The notes beneath the pieces were generated by a model. That model ran no database searches and was not told the DNA's origin. It saw nothing but the letters and a program-made list of their open reading frames with translations. A program made the translations under genes and the position numbers. From positions 1 through 49,414 of the forward strand of contig JBIIUP010000001.1 of assembly GCA_044339885.1 (NCBI GenBank): 49,414 nucleotides of DNA, given 5' to 3'. This DNA is from Pirellulales bacterium (GTDB lineage: Bacteria; Planctomycetota; Planctomycetia; Pirellulales; UBA1268). This document shows, piece by piece, positions 9,237 through 19,048 of the stretch (positions within the stretch are counted from its first letter, which is position 1; every line of letters starts with the position of its first letter).

Positions 9237-10022
9237 ATGGTAGACTCCCGGGGTTCCGATGTCGGGCACGGTCGCCCGGCTCTTTCCGCGTTTCGGCCCC
9301 ACGTGACAGCCCCGGCAGGACAAGCCTTCGGCCAGGTGACGGCGGCACTCGAGGCCCAGGGCCCGGTCGTGCTGCCGGCGCTGCTGCTCTGCGACTTCGG
9401 CCATCTCGCCCGCGAGGTCGAGCGGCTGGAGGCCGCCGGGGCCACGGCGCTCCACCTGGACGTGATGGACGGCCGGTTCGTGCCGCAGCTGACCTACGGC
9501 CCGGTCGTCGTCGAGGCGGTCCGCAGGGCCGCGAAGGTGCCGCTCGAGGTGCACCTCATGATCGAGCAGCCCGAGCGGTCGCTGGCCGACTACGCGAGCC
9601 TCGGCGCCGACGTGCTCACGGTGCACGTCGAGGCGCTCGCCGACCCGCGGCAGACCCTCCGCACGATCTCGGCTCTCGGCCCCCGGGCCCACCTCGCCCT
9701 CAGCCCGGAGACTCCCGTGGACCGCGTCGAACCGTTCCTCGACGTCTGCGACGGGGTGCTCGTGATGAGCGTCGAGCCCGGTTACGGCGGCCAGCGGTTC
9801 AATCCCGTCGCACTCGCCAAGCTCGCGCGGCTGGCCGACCTGCGGCGGCGCGGCGGCGGGAAGTTCCGCCTGGGCGTCGACGGCGGCATCTCGACGGAGA
9901 CGATCGGCCCCGTCGCGGCGGCGGGGGCGGAGCTCATCGTCGCCGGGAGTGCCGTGATCCGCTCCCGCGACTACGCCCACGCGATCACCGAACTTGAAAC
10001 CCTGGCCCGCGCCGCCGCATGA
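9237..10022 (+). CDS. rpe: ribulose-phosphate 3-epimerase
   Basis: LPALLLCDFGHLAREVERLEAAGATALHLDVMDGRFVPQLTYGP ... HLMIEQPE ... LTVHVEA ... MSVEPGYGGQRF ... LGVDGGIS match Rpe hallmarks. Start uncertain: ATG 9237, or GTG 9336 which gives a more typical length. Confidence 0.9.
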   Translation: MVDSRGSDVGHGRPALSAFRPHVTAPAGQAFGQVTAALEAQGPVVLPALLLCDFGHLAREVERLEAAGATALHLDVMDGRFVPQLTYGPVVVEAVRRAAKVPLEVHLMIEQPERSLADYASLGADVLTVHVEALADPRQTLRTISALGPRAHLALSPETPVDRVEPFLDVCDGVLVMSVEPGYGGQRFNPVALAKLARLADLRRRGGGKFRLGVDGGISTETIGPVAAAGAELIVAGSAVIRSRDYAHAITELETLARAAA

Positions 10023-10077
10023 CCCGCCGTCGCAGCGGCGGCCCGCGGCCCGTCCATCCCGGAGACACGCCCGTCCG

Positions 10078-10695
10078 ATGCCCGACCACCTGATCCTGAT
10101 CCGCTCGGGACCGACCGACTACGACCTCCAGGGGCGCATCCGCGGCACCCTGGAGGTTCCGCTCTCGCCGGCCGGCATCGTGGCGGCGGAGGCGGCGGCG
10201 GAGGCGATCGCCGGCACCGACGTCGAGGCCCTCTACACGTCGGCCGACATCGCGGCGGTGGAGACCGGCCGCATCCTGGGCCGCGGCTGCGGCCTGCGGC
10301 CGCGCCGCCTGGCGAAACTCGGGAACCTCGACCAGGGGCTGTGGCAGGGCATGCTGGTCGACGAGATCCGCCGCAAGCAGCCGCGGCTGTATCGACAGTG
10401 GCAGGACAATCCGTGGGCCGTCGCCCCCCCCGAGGGCGAATTGCTCGAGGACGCGGTCCATCGCGTCGAGGAGTCCCTCGAGCCGCTCGTCCGCCGGCAT
10501 CGCGCCGGCCGGATCGTGCTCGTGGTGCCACAGCCGCTCGACCAGATCGTGCGGTGGATCGTGTCGGGCGTCTCGATGGGAGACCTGTGGGCCGGAGAGC
10601 CGCAGCACCCGCCTGTGGCGGAGCTCCCGCTCGCGTCCCAATGGCGTTCGGCCGCACCCCGGCCAGTCCCATCGCGGCAGCAGGCCTCCGGCTGA
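10078..10695 (+). CDS. histidine phosphatase (phosphoglycerate mutase-like) fold protein with degenerate catalytic residues
   Basis: [33 protein letters not shown]...[14 protein letters not shown]...[14 protein letters not shown]...[10 protein letters not shown] follows the family layout. RHG is replaced by RSG and the C-terminal SHG by PQP. ORF trimmed to ATG 10078. Confidence 0.7.
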   Translation: MPDHLILIRSGPTDYDLQGRIRGTLEVPLSPAGIVAAEAAAEAIAGTDVEALYTSADIAAVETGRILGRGCGLRPRRLAKLGNLDQGLWQGMLVDEIRRKQPRLYRQWQDNPWAVAPPEGELLEDAVHRVEESLEPLVRRHRAGRIVLVVPQPLDQIVRWIVSGVSMGDLWAGEPQHPPVAELPLASQWRSAAPRPVPSRQQASG

Positions 10696-10814
10696 CGGAG
10701 CTTTCAGGGGGCGATTCGGCGCTGCGGCGTCAGCCCCGAAACCACTACACTGACTCCGTCTTGGAAGCCCCCGCCCGGGTTCCTCCCCTCTTCACCACGC
10801 CCCGGCACCCCAGC

Positions 10815-11762
10815 ATGGAACGCCGCCGCGACTCACGTGCGAGCCTGTCGGAGGCCGCGGTGGAGACCGCCACAACCCGACCCGGCGGCGACCCGCCGCG
10901 GCCCGCCGCGGGTGATCCGAAGCCGCACGAGCCCTCCCGCCCGTCCGTCCGTGGCCCCCGCGAGAAGCGGGGCGTGCCCGAAGGGCTGTGGCTGAAGTGC
11001 GACGGCTGTGGCGCCACGATCTACCGCAAGGAGGCGGAGGAACTGCTCAACGTCTGCCCGCAGTGCGGCTTCCACTGGTACGTGTCCGCCGCCCAGCGGA
11101 TCGAGCAGCTGCTTGACGCCGGCACGTTCGAGGAATGGGACGCGAACCTGCGGCCCACCGATCCCCTCGGCTTCAAGGACAAGAAGCCCTACGCCGAGCG
11201 GATCGTCGCCGAGCAGCGGCGGACGGGCCTCCGCGACGCGGCGGTGACCGGCACCGGCATGATCCGGGCCCGCCGGGTGGCCTGCGGCGTCACCGACTCC
11301 TCGTTCATCATGGGGAGCATGGGCAGCGTGGTCGGCGAGCGGCTGGCGCGGCTGGTGGAACGGGCGACCGCGGGCCGGCTGCCGCTGATCATCATCAGCG
11401 CTTCCGGGGGCGGGGCCCGCATGCACGAGGGCATCCTGTCGCTCATGCAGATGGCCAAGGTGTCGGCGGCCCTGGCCCGGTACTCGCAGGCCGGCGGCCT
11501 GTTCATCTCGGTGCTCACGAACCCGACGATGGGGGGCGTAGCGGCGAGCTTCGCCTCGCTCGGAGACCTCTGCTTCGCCGAACCCCGGGCGCTGATCGGC
11601 TTTGCCGGCCCGCGGACGATCAAGGCCACGATCCGGGTGGAGCTGCCCAAGGGTTTCCAGACGAGCGAGTTTCTCCTCGAGCACGGGTTCGTCGACCGCA
11701 TCGTGACCCGCCGGGACCTCAAGAGCGAGATCGCGCGAGCCATCGACTACTGCGGCGGCTGA
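10815..11762 (+). CDS. accD: acetyl-CoA carboxylase carboxyltransferase subunit beta
   Basis: Zn-ribbon [24 protein letters not shown] followed by the CT-beta core ([11 protein letters not shown]...[24 protein letters not shown]...[17 protein letters not shown]...GFAGPR). ORF trimmed to ATG 10815. Confidence 0.95.
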   Translation: MERRRDSRASLSEAAVETATTRPGGDPPRPAAGDPKPHEPSRPSVRGPREKRGVPEGLWLKCDGCGATIYRKEAEELLNVCPQCGFHWYVSAAQRIEQLLDAGTFEEWDANLRPTDPLGFKDKKPYAERIVAEQRRTGLRDAAVTGTGMIRARRVACGVTDSSFIMGSMGSVVGERLARLVERATAGRLPLIIISASGGGARMHEGILSLMQMAKVSAALARYSQAGGLFISVLTNPTMGGVAASFASLGDLCFAEPRALIGFAGPRTIKATIRVELPKGFQTSEFLLEHGFVDRIVTRRDLKSEIARAIDYCGG

Positions 11763-11792
11763 CGCGGCGGCGTCCGGCAGCCGGCGCGGCGG

Positions 11793-12158
11793 TCAGGAGG
11801 CCGGCGCGATCCCGTCGATCTTGGCCGCCAGGATGAAGTCGTTCGCCGAGAGCCCGCCGATCGCGTGGGTGAAGATCTCGATCCACACGCGGCGGTAGCC
11901 CTCGAGGTGCAGGTCGGGGTGATGCTGCTCGCGTTCGGCGAGCGCCGCGACGTTGTTGACGAGCCTGACGGCCGCACGAAAGTCTTGCAGCTGCCAGTCG
12001 CGGCGAATCCGCGTGCCGTCGTGCGTCAGCCTCCACCCCGGGAGGGCCGCGACCTGGGCGGCGGCGGCCTCCGCCGTGTAGCGGGCCACGCCTCCCTCGC
12101 AGGGGACGCAGGATCCGGCGACCAACTCGGAGGCCGCGCGGGGTGCAGGCGTGCTCAT
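11793..12158 (-). CDS. 4a-hydroxytetrahydrobiopterin (pterin-4-alpha-carbinolamine) dehydratase family protein
   Basis: LPGWRL...I.R.W...DF..A..LVN.VA.LAEREQHHPDL...Y..V.I...TH..GGLS.NDF.LA is the classic PCD/DCoH signature. Start taken at ATG 12158. Confidence 0.85.
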   Translation of the reverse strand: MSTPAPRAASELVAGSCVPCEGGVARYTAEAAAAQVAALPGWRLTHDGTRIRRDWQLQDFRAAVRLVNNVAALAEREQHHPDLHLEGYRRVWIEIFTHAIGGLSANDFILAAKIDGIAPAS

Positions 12159-12304
12159 CGGACCGATTCTCCTCGGCGACAGTATCGCACGCACCGGCGG
12201 TCCGATCCAGCGGCCGGCAGCCCGCGTCGCGACGCGAAGCTACACTGTCGGAACGAGATGCGATCCGGCCACGGTCGCGGCCGAGTCGAGGGAGCCAGCG
12301 ACAG

Positions 12305-13705
12305 ATGGCGGGGTCGGCCCGACGAATCACCGGGACGCCGCGGCGACGAACCCGTGGCCAGGTGCTCGCCTGGCTGCAGGAGCGGGTCGACTTCGAGCGG
12401 ACCCCGCCGCGGGAACACCCGACGACCGCCTTCGGCCTGGCCCGCATGCGGAGGCTGCTGACCGCGGTCGGAAACCCCCACCATCGCTTCCCCGTGGTGC
12501 ACGTCGCCGGCACGAAGGGCAAGGGCTCCACCGTCGCGATGGTGGCCGAGATGCTCGTGGCGGGGGGCCATCGCGTGGGCCGCTACATGTCGCCCCACGT
12601 CCGCTCCATCGAGGAACGGATCTGCGTCGATGGCCGGCCCATCCGCGGAGCGGACCTCGTGGCGGCGTTCGACGTGGTGATCCCGGCCGTCGAGTCGCTC
12701 GACAGGGCCGCGGCGCCCCGGGGCCGCCGCGGCCCGACCTGGTTCGAGGCCGTGACGGCGGCCGCCATGATTCATTTCGCGAGGCGGCAGGTCGAGATCG
12801 CGGTGCTCGAGACGGGACTCGGCGGCCGGCTCGACGCCACCAACGTCTCGAACCCGCTGGTCTCGGTCATCACGAGCGTGAGCCTCGATCACATGGAGCT
12901 CCTGGGCCGCACCGTCGGCCGGATCGCCGCCGAGAAGGCCGGCATCATCAAGCGGGGCAGGCCGGTGATCTCGGGCGCGACGCACCCGGATGCCCGTCGG
13001 GTGATCGCGGCGACGGCCGCCCGCCGGCGGGCGCCGCTCCTGCAGCTGGGGCGGGATTTCCAGGTCGCCCACGTGCCCGCCGCAGCCGGCGCGGACCCCC
13101 TCGATGGCGGCGTGGTCGAGGTGGCGCCGCCACCGAGCCGGTCCAACTCCGGACCGCGACGGTACCGGGTGGCCATGGCCGGTCGGCACCAGGCGGAGAA
13201 CGCCGGCATCGCCGTCGCGACGGTGCTCCACCTGGAGGCCTTCGGCTTCGTCGTGCCCGATCGGGCGATCGCCCGGGCACTGGCCCGCGTCCGGCTGCCC
13301 GCCCGCATCGAGCGGGTCGCCGACCGTCCGCTCGTCGTCGTCGACGCGGCGCACAACGTGGCCTCGATGCAGTCGCTCGTCGAGACACTCACGCCGACGC
13401 TGGGCGCCCGGCGCCCCGGCGTGCTCGTGTTCGCCGCCAGCGCCGACAAGCAGATCGAGGAGATGCTCGCCTGCGCCAGGGGGCGGTTCGACCGCGTGAT
13501 CGTCACCCGGTACGTGACGAACCCGCGGGCGGCTGCGATCGATCGGCTCGTGGCCGCCTGCCGCAAGGCCGGGCTGCCGGGCCCCACGGTGGCGGAGTCT
13601 CCGGCGGAGGCCCTGCGGCTCGCCCGCTCACACGCCGGGCCGCGGGGCGTGGTCTGCGTGGCCGGCAGTTTCTTCCTCGCGTCCGAGCTGCGGGACAGGG
13701 TTTGA
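12305..13705 (+). CDS. folC: bifunctional folylpolyglutamate synthase / dihydrofolate synthase
   Basis: P-loop VHVAGTKGKGST, YMSPHV..IEERI, ETGLGGRLDATN, SVSLDHMELLG.T...IA.EKAGIIK, C-terminal VDAAHN ... VCVAGSFFLASE. ORF trimmed to ATG 12305. Confidence 0.9.
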   Translation: MAGSARRITGTPRRRTRGQVLAWLQERVDFERTPPREHPTTAFGLARMRRLLTAVGNPHHRFPVVHVAGTKGKGSTVAMVAEMLVAGGHRVGRYMSPHVRSIEERICVDGRPIRGADLVAAFDVVIPAVESLDRAAAPRGRRGPTWFEAVTAAAMIHFARRQVEIAVLETGLGGRLDATNVSNPLVSVITSVSLDHMELLGRTVGRIAAEKAGIIKRGRPVISGATHPDARRVIAATAARRRAPLLQLGRDFQVAHVPAAAGADPLDGGVVEVAPPPSRSNSGPRRYRVAMAGRHQAENAGIAVATVLHLEAFGFVVPDRAIARALARVRLPARIERVADRPLVVVDAAHNVASMQSLVETLTPTLGARRPGVLVFAASADKQIEEMLACARGRFDRVIVTRYVTNPRAAAIDRLVAACRKAGLPGPTVAESPAEALRLARSHAGPRGVVCVAGSFFLASELRDRV

Positions 13706-15028
13706 CGACGGGGCGAAGATCTCGACGGCCCGGGCCAGCACCTCGTCCACCTCGGTCGGCAGCGCTTCGGCACCGTCGGGTCCACGGCCGTCTTCGGGAC
13801 GCGGCCGTGGGACGGCGCGCCGGCGGCGCCAATCCCGCAGCCGCTCCAGGGAGAGGCTGCTCGGGCTGACGTCGAACCCCGTGTCGGGAGACACGCCCCA
13901 GAGGGCGTCCGGCCCGTCCTCCGGCCGCCTGTGGATCCGCCCGCCTCCGGGCCGACGGTACTGGGAGGTGGTCAGCTTGAGGGCGGCCCCGTCGCTGAGC
14001 GGCAGGATGGACTGGACGGTGCCCTTGCCGAAGGACCTGCTTCCCACCACGGTCGCCCGGCCATGGTCCTGCAGGCACGCGGCCACGATCTCCGCGGAAC
14101 TCGCCGTGAGCCCGTCGATCAGCACCGCGACGGGCACCTCGGCCAGAGCCGTGCCGAGACGGGCGCGCCGGGTGTCGAGCCCCGGATCGCGATCCGCGGA
14201 CCGGCCCCGCAGCGAGACGATCACGCCGTCGTCGAGATACCGGTCGCAGACCTCGATGGCCGGCGCGAGCAGCCCGCCCGGATTGCCCCGCAGGTCGATC
14301 ACGAGCCCCCGGACCATCTCCGCGGCCCCGATCGAAGCCAGCGCCGCGTCGAACTCCTCCACGGTGCGCTCGCCGAACCCGGTGAGCCGCAGGTACGCCA
14401 CCCCGGGCTCGCCCTCGAGGAACCAATCCCACGAGCCGTCGGCGTTGCGTCGGTCACCCTGCACGCTCTCCACGCGGATCACCTCCCGCACCAGCTGCAC
14501 GTCGCGCCCCGACGGAGCGGTCGCCCCCGCCCCGGCGGTTGCCGGGACGACCCGGATCACGACCTCCGAGCCCGGCATGCCCCGCAGTTTCTGCACCGTC
14601 TCCTCCAGCGGCCGGCCGCGGGTCGCGGCGCCGTCGACGGCCACGATCCGGTCGTCCGCGCCGACGTCCGCCCGCCACGCGGGGCCGCCGACGATCGCCG
14701 CGACGACCCTCGGTTCGCCCGCCTCGCCGTCCCGGGAGGCCATTCCCAGCTCGAGCCCCACGCCGCCGAACCGCTGGTCGAGGACGGACTCCAGGTCGCG
14801 GCGGTCGGCGGGCCGCAGGAAGGCGGAGTTCTCGTCGAGCCGCGAGACCGCGGCCTGCACGGCGGCGTCCACGAGCATCTCGCCGTCGACCGGCTCGATG
14901 TACGAGCCGGCGATGTGCGTCAGCACCTCGTTGACGCGGTGGCCGCGGAGATCGCGGTGCCGCGCGAACCACGACGCGAGGCTGGCGACCGTGGCGACGA
15001 TCAGGAAGACGACGTTGCGGGGAGGCAT
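13628..15028 (-). CDS. S41 family C-terminal processing peptidase
   Basis: N-terminal TM anchor, a PDZ-like segment (GGVGLEL...VVAAIVGGPAWRADVGADDRIVAVDG), LVIDLRGNPGGLL, catalytic Ser in LIDGLTASSAEIVA and Lys in SFGKGTVQS. The 3' end overlaps the folC 3' end by 78 nt. Confidence 0.9.
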   Translation of the reverse strand: MPPRNVVFLIVATVASLASWFARHRDLRGHRVNEVLTHIAGSYIEPVDGEMLVDAAVQAAVSRLDENSAFLRPADRRDLESVLDQRFGGVGLELGMASRDGEAGEPRVVAAIVGGPAWRADVGADDRIVAVDGAATRGRPLEETVQKLRGMPGSEVVIRVVPATAGAGATAPSGRDVQLVREVIRVESVQGDRRNADGSWDWFLEGEPGVAYLRLTGFGERTVEEFDAALASIGAAEMVRGLVIDLRGNPGGLLAPAIEVCDRYLDDGVIVSLRGRSADRDPGLDTRRARLGTALAEVPVAVLIDGLTASSAEIVAACLQDHGRATVVGSRSFGKGTVQSILPLSDGAALKLTTSQYRRPGGGRIHRRPEDGPDALWGVSPDTGFDVSPSSLSLERLRDWRRRRAVPRPRPEDGRGPDGAEALPTEVDEVLARAVEIFAPSSNPVPQLGREEETAGHADHAPRPGV

Positions 15029-15041
15029 GGTGCCGATGGGC

Positions 15042-16349
15042 TCACGGAGCTGCCGGTTCGCAGGCGACGGCCGTCGCCTGCAGATCCGGCGCGGACGAGA
15101 AGCAGAATCCCTTGGGAATCACGGTGACTCCCTCCGGCGAGACGGTCAATCCCCGGGCGGCATCCTCGTGGGGGTCGATCCCGATCCTGGCGTTGGCGGG
15201 CACGGAGACACCCTTGTCGATGATCGCCCGGCGGACGACGGCGTGCCGCCCGATGTCGACACCCTCGAAGACGATGCTCTCCTCCACCCGTGCGAAGCTG
15301 TTGACCCGCACTCCCGGGCCGATGATCGAGCGGTGCACGCGGCCGCCGGAGAGGATCGCGCCGGGGCAGACGAGGCTGTCGGTCGCCTCGCCACGGCGGG
15401 CGTCGGGCCCCTCGCCGGCGAACACGAACTTCGGCGGCGGATAGGCGGGATGGTGGGTGCGGATGGGCCACTGCTCGTCGTAGAGGTTGAGCTGCGGGTC
15501 GACCTCGACGAGGTCCATGTTGGCCTCGAAGTAGGCGTCGACCGTGCCCACGTCCCGCCAATAGGCGTCGCGCTTGCGGTTCTCGTCGCAAAACGGGAAG
15601 GCGTGCACGCCGTGGGTCTGGATGACCCGCGGCAGGATGTCGTGGCCGAAGTCGTGGCGGCTGGAGGCGTCGTCCGCGTCGATCCTCAGCTGTTCGAAGA
15701 GGAAGTCTGCCGAGAAGCAGTAGATGCCCATCGACGCCAGCGACAGCGCCGGGTTGCCCGGATACGGAGGCGGGTCGGCGACCTTCTCGCGGAACTGCCG
15801 CACGCGGCCGGAACCGTCGACCTCCATGGTGCCGAACTCACGGGCGGCCGCCCGCGGCACCGGCAGGGCCCCGATGGTCACGTCGGCACCGCTCGCCTCG
15901 TGGGCCTCGACGAGCGACTGGTAGTTCATCTTGTAGATGTGGTCGCCGGCGAGCACGACGACCAGCCGCGGGTCGGCCATCTCCAGGGAGTAGATGTTCT
16001 GGTACACGGCGTCGGCGGTCCCCAGGTACCAGTTCTCGTCGACCCGCTGCTGGGGGGGCAGCACGTCGAGAAACTCGCCGAGGTCCCGGCAGAAGAACCG
16101 GTGCCAGCCGAGGTTCAGGTGGCGATCGAGGCTGCTGGCCTTGTACTGCGTGAGCAGGAGCAGCTGCCGCAGCCCGCTGTTGAGACAGTTGGAGAGCACA
16201 AAGTCGACGATCCGGTAGCTGCCGCCGAAGGGCACGGCGGGCTTCGCCCGGTCGCGGGTCAACGGGTCGAGCCTCGCCCCCTTGCCGCCGGCGAGCACCA
16301 CGGCGACCACATCCCGCATCCGAGTCACGTCGACGTCCCGCGATCGCAT
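15042..16349 (-). CDS. glgC: glucose-1-phosphate adenylyltransferase
   Basis: VVLAGGKGARLDPLTRDRAKPAVPFGGSYRIVDFVLSNCLNSG...LTQYKASSLDRHL...WYLGTADAV plus a C-terminal left-handed beta-helix region. Alternative start at ATG 16319. Confidence 0.95.
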   Translation of the reverse strand: MRSRDVDVTRMRDVVAVVLAGGKGARLDPLTRDRAKPAVPFGGSYRIVDFVLSNCLNSGLRQLLLLTQYKASSLDRHLNLGWHRFFCRDLGEFLDVLPPQQRVDENWYLGTADAVYQNIYSLEMADPRLVVVLAGDHIYKMNYQSLVEAHEASGADVTIGALPVPRAAAREFGTMEVDGSGRVRQFREKVADPPPYPGNPALSLASMGIYCFSADFLFEQLRIDADDASSRHDFGHDILPRVIQTHGVHAFPFCDENRKRDAYWRDVGTVDAYFEANMDLVEVDPQLNLYDEQWPIRTHHPAYPPPKFVFAGEGPDARRGEATDSLVCPGAILSGGRVHRSIIGPGVRVNSFARVEESIVFEGVDIGRHAVVRRAIIDKGVSVPANARIGIDPHEDAARGLTVSPEGVTVIPKGFCFSSAPDLQATAVACEPAAP

Positions 16350-16625
16350 GGCACCACGCTTTCGATGGGCGGCCCGCCGGCGCCGGACCCGACGGGCCGC
16401 CGAACTCCCGGTCCCGACCGGAACCGGACGAATCGCCCCCGGACTATACGCCCCCGGGGGGTCTCCGGGCGAAGCCGGCCGGCGGAATCCCCTCGATTCG
16501 CGGGGCCGAAGCGGTCTGGCACGGGCGGCGGCCCCTTTCTACCATCCCCCGCCCGCGTTCGCGCCGCACCGGGGACGGTGACAGCGAGCGAATGCTGGCA
16601 CGCCCGATCAGGGAGCAACGGTCGC

Positions 16626-17891
16626 ATGGCCGGCACGTCGAACAACGGCAGCCGTCACTCACGGGACTCCGATTCCATGGAAGCGATCAAACCACTCGTC
16701 GTCCTGACGCTGTTCGGAACCATCCTGTACGGCGCCTATTCGATCGTGCAGAAGGGCCCCGGGGCGCCGCCTCTGGCCGGCCAGGAGGCACTGCCCGATC
16801 CGGCGCCGTTCGCGCCGCCGGCCGCCCCGGTGGACACGCTCTCCGCGATGCCCGCAGCGGGGGTCCCGGTCCCCGTAACGCCCGCAGCGACTCCCCTTGC
16901 CGCCGGACCCGCCGCGGCCGACCCGGCACCGACCTACCTGGCCGCGGAAGCTGCACCGCCACCCGTTGCCGCGCCCGTTGCCGCGCCCGTTGCCGCGCCC
17001 GTTGCCGCGCCCGTTGCCGCGCCCGTTGCCGCGCCCGTTGCCGCGCCCGTTGCAGCGGCCGTCACCGCAGCGGCCGTCGCCGCGCCCTTGGCCGCGTCCG
17101 CCGTCGAGCCGCGGCCCGACCGGTATGCCTCGCTGCCGCCGGCCCAGATTCCGCCCCCGGCCGCGGAGACCGCCCCGCCGCCGGCCGCGGCCACCGTCGC
17201 GCCGGCCGTGGCCTCGGCGGCGTTCACGTCCGCCTGGACCGACGCGCACAACAAGCTGGCGGCGAGCCGTTACGCCGAGGCGCTGGCGGCGTTGTCCGTC
17301 TGGTACGACGACCCGTCATTGGGACTCGAGGAGAGCCAGCGGCTCGAGGATCTCCTGGGCCAGCTCGCGGGCACGGTGATCTATTCCCAGCAGGACCTCA
17401 TGCTGCCGCCCCACGTCGTGGCTCCGGGAGAGACGCTCGCCACGATCGCCGCGGCGCTCGCCGTCTCGCCCCAGCTGCTCGCCAAGATCAACGGTGTCGA
17501 AGACCCGTCCCGGCTCCTGCCCGGCGAGCACCTCAAGGTCATCCGCGGCCCCTTCGACGCCGTGGTCAGCGTCTCCCGCCGCCGCGTGAGCCTCCAGCTC
17601 AACGGCAACTACGCCGGCAGCTTCCCCGCCGTCGTCGGCCGGCAGTTCCTCGACCGCGTCGGGGGATCGCTCCCGGTGGTCGAGGTCTCGCGAGGCGAGG
17701 CGTGGGCTGGACAGCCCGCGACGCTGCGCCGCCGGATCGCCCTGGGGGACGGCCTCGTCATCGAGGCCGTGGACGATCCCGGCATTGTCACCGACAACGC
17801 GCCGCAGTCGAGCCTCGTGGTCTCGGTCCGCGACCTCGACGAGCTCATCGACATCCTCGGCCCCGGCTCGCGGGTCCTCGTGCGGCAGTAG
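16626..17891 (+). CDS. membrane-anchored LysM domain protein with Pro/Ala-rich linker
   Basis: This is the real 3' part of the 1336-aa ORF 13881..17891. It has a TM helix (PLVVLTLFGTILYGAYSIV), a long P/A-rich region including (PVAA)n, and a LysM motif (HVVAPGETLATIAAALAVSPQLLAKINGVEDPSRLLPGEHLKVI). Start at ATG 16626 or 16677. Confidence 0.8.
   Translation: MAGTSNNGSRHSRDSDSMEAIKPLVVLTLFGTILYGAYSIVQKGPGAPPLAGQEALPDPAPFAPPAAPVDTLSAMPAAGVPVPVTPAATPLAAGPAAADPAPTYLAAEAAPPPVAAPVAAPVAAPVAAPVAAPVAAPVAAPVAAAVTAAAVAAPLAASAVEPRPDRYASLPPAQIPPPAAETAPPPAAATVAPAVASAAFTSAWTDAHNKLAASRYAEALAALSVWYDDPSLGLEESQRLEDLLGQLAGTVIYSQQDLMLPPHVVAPGETLATIAAALAVSPQLLAKINGVEDPSRLLPGEHLKVIRGPFDAVVSVSRRRVSLQLNGNYAGSFPAVVGRQFLDRVGGSLPVVEVSRGEAWAGQPATLRRRIALGDGLVIEAVDDPGIVTDNAPQSSLVVSVRDLDELIDILGPGSRVLVRQ
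16959..17054 (+). repeat. 12-bp tandem repeat, 8 units (6 perfect), encoding (PVAA)n
   Basis: GCGCCCGTTGCC is repeated perfectly at 16971, 16983, 16995, 17007, 17019 and 17031. It is flanked by one-to-three-mismatch units at 16959 and 17043. Confidence 0.95.
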
Positions 17892-18052
17892 CTGCCGCCC
17901 CGCGCGTGCCGCGGGCCCGCGGCGCTTCGCGCACCGCGGGCCCGCAGATCTTCCCCCGCGTCCCCTGCCCGGGGCGCGGTCGTCGCTTCACGCCGGCAGA
18001 CGAACGTGCACGGCGGAGGTCGCCGCGGCGGCTCGCGGCCGCCGCGGCATGC

Positions 18053-18928
18053 TCAACGGACGGCCTCCTGGAGCATCCTGGAGTTCGGCACCGAGTGCCG
18101 CGACACGAGGCCCTGCTCGCGGGTCTCGATGATCGTGGCCACGGGCCCCACCTCGCGGACGGTGCCCTCGAGCCCGGCGACGCTCACGGTGTCGCCCGCC
18201 TGGAGCCGCTGCCGCACGTAGTAGCCGGCGAGGATGCCCGCCATCACGTCTCGGCCGCCGAGGCCGAAGGCGAGGGCGAAGCCCGCCGCCAGGCCGGCCG
18301 ACCCGATGAGGATCAGCTTCTCGAGCAGGGCGAACTGGATGCCGAGCTGGTTGAAGGCCGCGATGAAGGTCAGGATCGACAGCACCCAGTAGCAGCCGCC
18401 GGCGAGGTACTCCGCGTACGACAACCCGACGCGATCGGCGCTGGTCGCCACCACGCCGCGGACGAACGTCGCCGCCAGGAGGCCCACCACGACGACGACC
18501 GTCGCCACCAGCACCTTCGGGATGTAGGTCACGACCTCCTTCATCGCCAGGGAGACGCTCTCCAGGCCGAGGATGCTGAAGGCCGCCATCACGAACACGC
18601 TCATGAGGAGCCAGAACACGATGCCGCCGACGATCGCCGGCACGGGCCGCCGGATCCCGACGTCGTGCATGCTCTTGGCCAGGCCGCTCTTCTCGGCGGC
18701 CGTCTGCAGGCCCACCTTCTCGGTGACGACGGCGACGAGGCCGCCGAACCAGCGGGCCAGCACGTAGCCGATCACGAGCACCGACACCATCGCCACCACC
18801 TTCGGGGCGAGCAGGATCACCTGGCTCCATGCCTGGGTGAAGCTGTCGACGAGCGCCTGCCTCGAAACGTTCACGGTCTCGCGAGCCGTCTCGGCGGCCG
18901 TCTGCCCGATCATCACGAAATCAGCCAT
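18053..18928 (-). CDS. small mechanosensitive-channel-like membrane protein (conserved TM-helix repeats)
   Basis: Several TM helices, then an MscS-like beta-domain start (LQAGDTVSVAGLEGTVREVGPVATIIETREQGLVSRHSVPNSRML). Start set to ATG 18928 because a strong AAGGAG Shine-Dalgarno sits 6-7 nt upstream. The ORF track starts at 18961. Confidence 0.7.
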   Translation of the reverse strand: MADFVMIGQTAAETARETVNVSRQALVDSFTQAWSQVILLAPKVVAMVSVLVIGYVLARWFGGLVAVVTEKVGLQTAAEKSGLAKSMHDVGIRRPVPAIVGGIVFWLLMSVFVMAAFSILGLESVSLAMKEVVTYIPKVLVATVVVVVGLLAATFVRGVVATSADRVGLSYAEYLAGGCYWVLSILTFIAAFNQLGIQFALLEKLILIGSAGLAAGFALAFGLGGRDVMAGILAGYYVRQRLQAGDTVSVAGLEGTVREVGPVATIIETREQGLVSRHSVPNSRMLQEAVR

Positions 18929-19048
18929 TGCCTTCTCCTTGCCGTCACGCCCGTCCGTCATGGACGGCCGTGCCGGGAAACCCGCGGGAATTTCCAGTTG
19001 GCCCGCAACCCAACCTGCCGCCGGCAGCCGTGCCGGCGTCGTGTTTCG

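Noticed and set aside
8042-9445. 467-aa version of the pstS ORF
   Set aside because: The first 136 aa are S/R/P/T-rich and cover the intergenic control region. ATG 9037 gives a proper signal peptide and a typical PstS length.
13881-16625. Upstream about 900 aa of the 1336-aa plus-strand ORF 13881..17891
   Set aside because: It is antisense to the well-supported S41 protease and glgC genes. Only the last about 420 aa (TM helix, P/A linker, LysM) look like a real protein, so the gene was trimmed to start at 16626 or 16677.
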